Under the pieces are notes generated by a model. The model was not told the DNA's origin and did no database searches. It saw only the letters and a list, made by a program, of their open reading frames with translations. A stretch of 64,000 nt of DNA from the human T2T-CHM13v2.0 reference genome, Homo sapiens. A program made the translations under genes and the position numbers. Positions 53,780-64,000 of this stretch are shown one piece after another. The stretch lies in the NCBI RefSeq assembly GCF_009914755.1, contig NC_060934.1; one strand, given 5' to 3'. How positions within the stretch are numbered: position 1 is the stretch's first letter; each line of letters starts with the position of its first letter.

Positions 53780-54070
53780 GGCAGTGTGGCAGAACAGAAA
53801 GACCATGGACTGAAAGCCAGGCAAAGCAGGTTCCAGCCCTGCCCCTTACTTGCTGGCTGTGTCACCTTGTCTAAGTAATGTAACCTCTTTGACCTCAGTT
53901 TCCTCATCTGTAAAATGAGGATAATACTAGCCTGTTTAATTGGATCATGAATAGTGATACAACTAGCTATTATTTATTGAGCACTTACTATGTAGAGTAT
54001 TTGGCCCCAGCGCTTTATGTGTTATAACTCACTTAATATTCTCAAACACACTAAGAGATAGGTTCTATTG
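53780..54070. mobile_element. Two MIRs (plus about 53780-53935, minus about 53960-54070)
   Basis: ggctgtgtcaccttgtctaagtaatgtaacctctttgacctcagtttcctcatctgtaaaatgaggataata; atttattgagcacttactatg. Confidence 0.8.
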
Positions 54071-54309
54071 TGATCCTGAAGAACCTGCGGCACAGTAATA
54101 GCCATAAAGGGAGCCATTATGATCAATTATCATGATGGTGCTAATATTGTTGTGACAGCACTGACAGCTAACAATGAAAGGAAGTAAAACAGGAATTTCT
54201 TCACTTAAAAATATCATAAAAGCAAGATTTATATGAAAAAATACTGAGTAGGGGAAAGACACATCATTCTTTAGATTTACACTTGAATTTTAACCCCATG
54301 TGTCTTTCT

Positions 54310-55410
54310 CCAGATTGAAAGGGACTAGCACACCAAACAAGAAAAGACCCATCCCAAGTCACAGCATCAAGGAAATTTAGGTACACCAAAAAGCAGACAA
54401 GATCCCAGAGTCTTCCCAAAATGGATAAACAAACCAAGAAAAGCTGCTTACATACAAAGAGATGTCAAATAGCATTAAACTCCCCAAAAGGAAATTAAAA
54501 GAAAATGGAGAAATGTCTTTGAATTTTTGAGGCAAAATTATTTCCAACTTACAATATTAAAACTGGATAAACTATCAGTTAATCTTGATTGTTATAGGAT
54601 ATTCAAAGGCTCAAAATTTTACCTCCTATACCCTCTCTTAGAAAAATACTGGAGAATGTGCTCCAGAAAAAAAGAGGAAGTAAATGAAGAAACAGGAATA
54701 CTTGAGATACAGGAAATAGAATATGTAGCAAACTAAGAAAATTCCCAGGAGATCATGAAGGAATGTTCCAGAATGACAGCTGTGCAGCCGCCCTAAATAG
54801 CACATTCATATTTGACCAAGTGGGGCAAAAGCTGTAGGAAAGAAATCTCCAGAGAGGGGGAAAATGGAACTGATTGATCTGCTGTCTTTAGATTTGGGGA
54901 AAGTTATTTTTAGTTGTTTGACAGTTGTTTAATGTTACAGCATTAGAAAAAAATATATACTGATAGATACAAAGAAACTAAGCAAATAAAAATATAAAGA
55001 AAGCAATTATTAATTCTAGGAAGAATAAAAATTGTACAAAAAGTAAACAATCGAAGTATACTAACTGAAGGAGAATAAAAAATATTTACCTAGCCTTACT
55101 AACATAAACAATGACTGCTGTTTTTGCCAAAAACTAAAATCTAACTGTATTGGGCAGATGGGATGTGGAAGTGGAAGGTAGGGCATAAGACAATGGCAGC
55201 CTCACCTACCATAATATGAAGCTTACATTGTCTAAAATTCATAAACCAAGAGACTATACTGTTAAGTATTACCTAAAATGTGGAGAAACAGCTGAAATAA
55301 CTGAACATGGCTGCTGCTGGGTAGTCTGTTTGGGAAGTAAAGAGGGATGGGAGGAGGACTGTTGGTTTTCAACAATAAGGCTTTTAGATTTTTTAATTTT
55401 AAAATATATA
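54310..55410 (+). mobile_element. Highly diverged L1M fragments
   Basis: ORF1-like cagattgaaaggg...gaaaagacccatcccaagtcacagcatc...ggcaaaattatttccaac; approximate. Confidence 0.45.
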
Positions 55411-55412
55411 CA

Positions 55413-55781
<369 letters not shown>

Positions 55782-56694
55782 TCATTTTTTAAAAAATTAT
55801 GTGTTACTGATTTGAAATGAGTTTCTAAAAAGATTTATTCTTTCTCTTTGAGCCTTAGAAAGGAAACCCATGAAAACATGTGCCTAAAAGAGAGGAAAGA
55901 ACTAATATGTTTTGAGGAGGAAACAGAACATTTCCAAACAGGCTGAAAGCTCTTCCTGGTGTGCATAACAGGGACTCACAGGCTGGGGGTCTGTCGTCTT
56001 CTTTGGGACAGGAGAGGATTTAGGGCAAATGAAGAACATGGAGAAAGAAAAATGTAGGGTTCCTTCTTTCTTAATTGGAGACAGGTTTGTCTCTGAATTA
56101 ACACTCCTTTCCTTCTTCTATACTTTAATAACTATTTGTGCTACATATGTTTCCGAGTGTTCTGAGTTTCTGGGTAAAATGATATTTAAAGCCTTATTTC
56201 CATTTGTCCCATGCATTGTGAAATTTGAAGGCTTGTGCACCACTATGGAAACCATGAGTCACGGGTAGACTGTTCTGAAGCAATGGTTGCCATTTTAATA
56301 TCACCATTATTTATGGTACCAGAAGTTTGAAGTCCCTTCAACTATGAGAAAAGAAGAACAATACACTAGCTTTTCTGTAAGACAAATACAGACACTGACT
56401 GTTTATTCCACAATTTATACAGCCATTTATTGTTTAATCATTTCTAATTATATTAACAAGAATTCTAGGAATAAAGGAGCCCTACTCTAGAGTATTATTT
56501 TCTCTTAAGTTCTAAGTCTGGGTTTCAGCTTCTGTCCTCTGAAGTGGAAGAGCAAGGCATGAGTCTTTCCTAAAGTTCTCCTCACCCAGCTTGTTTTACC
56601 ATTGCTTTTTACCAGCCAGCTGGCTCTGTTGGCTCATCTCTTCCAATGTCCTGCTGGGGCTAACCACTGCAAAGGGTACCACATAAATTAACTA

Positions 56695-56985
<291 letters not shown>

Positions 56986-57334
56986 ACTAATTTTAGTTTA
57001 ATGTGGTTGAAAATAAACATGAACACAGAAAGTGTATAAAATGTATTTCCTTTATATACACACCCATACATGCACATACTCTGTGGTATACACTTCTGCA
57101 TTAGAAAACCTCTGGTTCCAAGTAAAGAAGCTTGGATTAAATTTTGTAAATTCAGTTTAGCATGTAATCTACATGGTTGAGTCATGAATAAGACCCAGGC
57201 CATGTTCTAACAGAGAACTGGTTTTTACGAAAACAGGCAGTGGTCCTCACTTGTCGTAGAGGATGCTCAGGCAATTTGGTCCATTTTATCATTTATACAT
57301 AGGAAGACTTCAGTAATAAAATGATAGAAAAAGC

Positions 57335-57440
57335 ATATTCATTCCACAAATATTTGTGAGCACCATCTTCGAGGTGCTGAGGATTCAGTAAGAAGCCAAA
57401 ATGTACAGAAAGCCCTACCCTCCTGAAAGCTACCTTGGGG
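57335..57440 (-). mobile_element. L2 3' end fragment
   Basis: attcattccacaaatatttgtgagcacc...ggtgctgaggattcagtaag. Confidence 0.6.
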
Positions 57441-58336
57441 TGGAAGATGACATGAGAAGGAGAGTCGTTGGAAAAGCAGATTTCCTTTTATAGAAATGTC
57501 CCGGCGAGCCAATTTGTAAGATGCTTCTCATAAAATGTCAAAAATGTATACAGATATTTGCTAAGTAAAATATTTCTTGATTTAGAAAACTTCTGGTTAG
57601 AGATTGGTTAACTTTTACAGTTAAAATTTTATTGAAGTATAATAAAATCCTGTTATTCAGCAACTCAACTATACTATAGATTTGATTCTGGTGCAAACAC
57701 ATGCAGTGTTTACATTTAACTTCTTACACCATGGAGAACCTACAAATACAGTGCTGTACCCCAATTCTTATATTGTAACATGGTTCTACTTAGATGTAGC
57801 AAGATCTCTGTTTCTGTAACATGGGTTTTATATAATTTCAGCGCTAATGTCTGAGATTAATCAACTACTATCAGTCTAAGGAAGTGTTATACTTACTACA
57901 TGAAAATCCTCTACTTTCCCCACACAGCAGCAGTGATAATAGCAAGAAATAGAACAATAAACCCAGAGTCAGAATAATCATTCCAATTTTTTAAATGGGG
58001 CAAAGATGTGGGAAAAGATGGGTGAAAAACTACCCAATTAATTCAGTTGACATGTTATACACAGCATTACTACTGTGCCTCTTCTTGTAAGGCAAATGGC
58101 AACCAGGATAAGAAGGCGGAAGCAGGGGCTGTCAGGGAGTCACAGTCAATATGGAAGAGGCCCCAGCATGACAAGTTTCGGAATCTATGTTCCTCCTGAG
58201 TTGCTCATCAACTAAGGATTAAAACAGCTAGTGGAATATGGTTAGGCTATTTTTTTTGTGTTTTGTTTTAATCAAGGCAGAGAATAGAGAAAGTTACTTA
58301 TAGTATGGTACTAAAATAAAAGACCCATGGGTGAGG

Positions 58337-58517
58337 CAGTGGCTTTTAAATTTTGGTGTGCATCAGAATCACCCAGAGGCTTGTTAAAACACAGATGGTT
58401 GGGCCCCCAGAGTTTCTGATGCAGTAGATCAGGTGTGGGGCCTGAGAATGTTTTTCTAACAATTTCCAGGTGATGCTGGTACTGATAGTCGAGGGATCAT
58501 ATTTTGACAACCACTTG
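58337..58517. mobile_element. MER5A (hAT-Charlie MITE)
   Basis: cagtggcttttaaa...gcatcagaatcacc...gtttctgatgcagtag...tctaacaatttccaggtgatgctg...ttttgacaaccact. Confidence 0.85.
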
Positions 58518-58563
58518 GGTGAGTAGATATACAAAAAAAGATGCAAAAAAAGGGAGGAGGAGG

Positions 58564-58830
58564 TGATAGGCAGAATTCTATGATGATCCCTGTTATCTGC
58601 GTGTCCTTCCCCTTGAGCACAGGGGAACCTGTAAACATGATGGCATATCACTATCACAATTAGGTTAATAATAAGTTGACTTTGTAAAATCAAAAGAGAG
58701 ATTATCCTGGTTGGGTCCTATCTAATTATGTGAGCCTTTAAAGAAGCGTGACAAGTCAGACGCCAATCCAGCTGGCTTGGAAGAAAATAAATATCCATGT
58801 TGTGAACTGCCTTGGGGAGCCATATGTCAC
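58564..58830 (+). mobile_element. MLT1E-like MaLR LTR fragment
   Basis: tgataggcagaattcta...aagttgacttt...gagattatcctggttgggtcctatctaattatgtgagccttta...ccatgttgtgaactgcc. Confidence 0.7.
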
Positions 58831-58842
58831 CTATATTTAACT

Positions 58843-59340
58843 GACCAAGTATTTATTAACCGACTAGTGTTTGCAAGATTCTGTTGGGCCCAGCTGTGGA
58901 GTTAAAAAAAGTTCACAGTTCTTTTCCTCAAAAAGCTGACTATCTACTAAGAAGGATAACATAAGAACACAAACAATTTTTCTTCAAGGCAGATTACACT
59001 AAAAGTCCTAGGAGAGACATACGCAAAGTGTTATAACATTTTAAGGAAGAACAGGTCACATCTGGCTAGGAATGGAAATATTTAATAAAGAGGCATGGGA
59101 GAAAGTATTAAAAAATAAGATTACCATAGGCAGAGAGATAGGAAAGAGAAGAGCAGAGGGGTTGGATAAAACGGAATCATATATTCCAGAGAGAGAGATC
59201 AAATAGACTAAGGCTTGCAGGTATGAAAAATACAGAGCATATTTGTGGAATTGCAAGTAGTCTAGTATGGCTACAGTACCAAAACCAGTGGTGGAGCAGG
59301 AGGAGGATAGGACCAGAAAAGTCACTAGTAAGGGTTTCTA
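58843..59340 (-). mobile_element. L2 fragment
   Basis: caagtatttattaaccgactagtgtttgcaag...ggaattgcaagtagtctagtatggct. Confidence 0.55.
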
Positions 59341-59521
59341 AATGTTAAGGGAGGATCAGTGTTCAGGAGAAGCAAGCAGGAGTGGGTGATGGGGCCTGTC
59401 CATAGAAGTTAGCGGGACTAGAATTCACTGACTGGACATTAAGTTGATGATTTACCAAACTCAAATCCTTCTTTTCTGCTAACAGGTCCAGGATTGCTCC
59501 TAGAGCCTTATAGTGCCTTGA

Positions 59522-60295
<774 letters not shown>

Positions 60296-60849
60296 TTATC
60301 ATAACTTTATCACTTACACATAAATTTAATGTGGTATCTATATCCCCATAGCTTATCTTCACTGCCAATTTGGTGTTCATTGAGAGGGGATTTTTATTTC
60401 CTTGGCTTTCCTTTTCTAAGGACAGCAAATTCTCATACTGCTTTTCCTATGCTGGTCATTAGAAATATGGCTATCTCTATGAGTCAGCAGAATTCCTTAT
60501 CTTTCTGGAACTGGTCAGATGTTTCCCTGTCCCTAATCCTAGGAAGTATCACATGGAGGAAAAGAGATAATGTGTTTTCTGTATGTTGAGTAGCACCTCC
60601 TTCCTGTAACATAGATTTTCTTACCTTGTTTATAATTTCACAGACTTTTCTCGAAAGGCCTTGTTACAATTGCAAACATTAAAAATATTATAATCTCTCT
60701 TTAAGCATCACTTCTAGAATTCTTCTAAATTACATATAACGTATCTGACAGTAACTCAGTATTTACTAGTGTTACTGACCTTACTCAGCAATACGTGGAA
60801 AACTGGGCTGTCATAAAACATGGCTTAATTGCAAAGTTTAATGTGAAAA

Positions 60850-63790
<2,941 letters not shown>

Positions 63791-63849
63791 AGGCTAGGCA
63801 TTGAGAGAAAAGAAGAACAAAGAGATACTGAGATTGTTATAGCATTTCA

Positions 63850-63995
63850 AGCAAGTAACCTGAGTTTTACTCTAATCTGGCTGACTTGGATCACATGTTC
63901 ACTTCTTAATTAGTTCACTTCTTAACAAAGCCAGGAGGTAGATTGAACTGATTAATTTAGTTTGATCCTATGCTCCATCTCCTGAATCTGGGGGC
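63850..63995 (-). mobile_element. MLT1-type LTR fragment
   Basis: tctggctgacttggatcacatgttcac...ctgatt...tgctccatctcctgaatctgggg. Confidence 0.45.
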
Positions 63996-64000
63996 AAAAA

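Overview
Primate (human or ape-like) non-coding genomic DNA. It carries AluJ/S/Y, L1PA/PB/MA/MB/ME, L2, MIR, MaLR LTRs and DNA-transposon fossils, which cover well over half of the window by eye. I find no credible intact protein-coding gene: the long ORFs in the track come from Alu, L1 or microsatellites, or are unrecognisable. Main structures: a near full-length decayed L1MA (14.3-21.3 kb), three twin-primed (5'-inverted) L1s, an old L1MB with four nested L1s, a truncated 5S rRNA pseudogene, a MADE1 MITE and a THE1B solo LTR. The most interesting signals outside standard repeats are: (i) two local inverted duplications (52 bp and about 280 bp), the larger one clearly a templated insertion with fold-back junctions; (ii) a tight cluster of NRF2/NF-E2/MAF (ARE/MARE) motifs, one of which was created by a 24-bp tandem duplication; (iii) a candidate 303-nt plus-strand exon; (iv) long perfect microsatellite palindromes. 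I cannot support a new gene system here. Subfamily names and boundaries of old repeats are from recognition by eye and are approximate.
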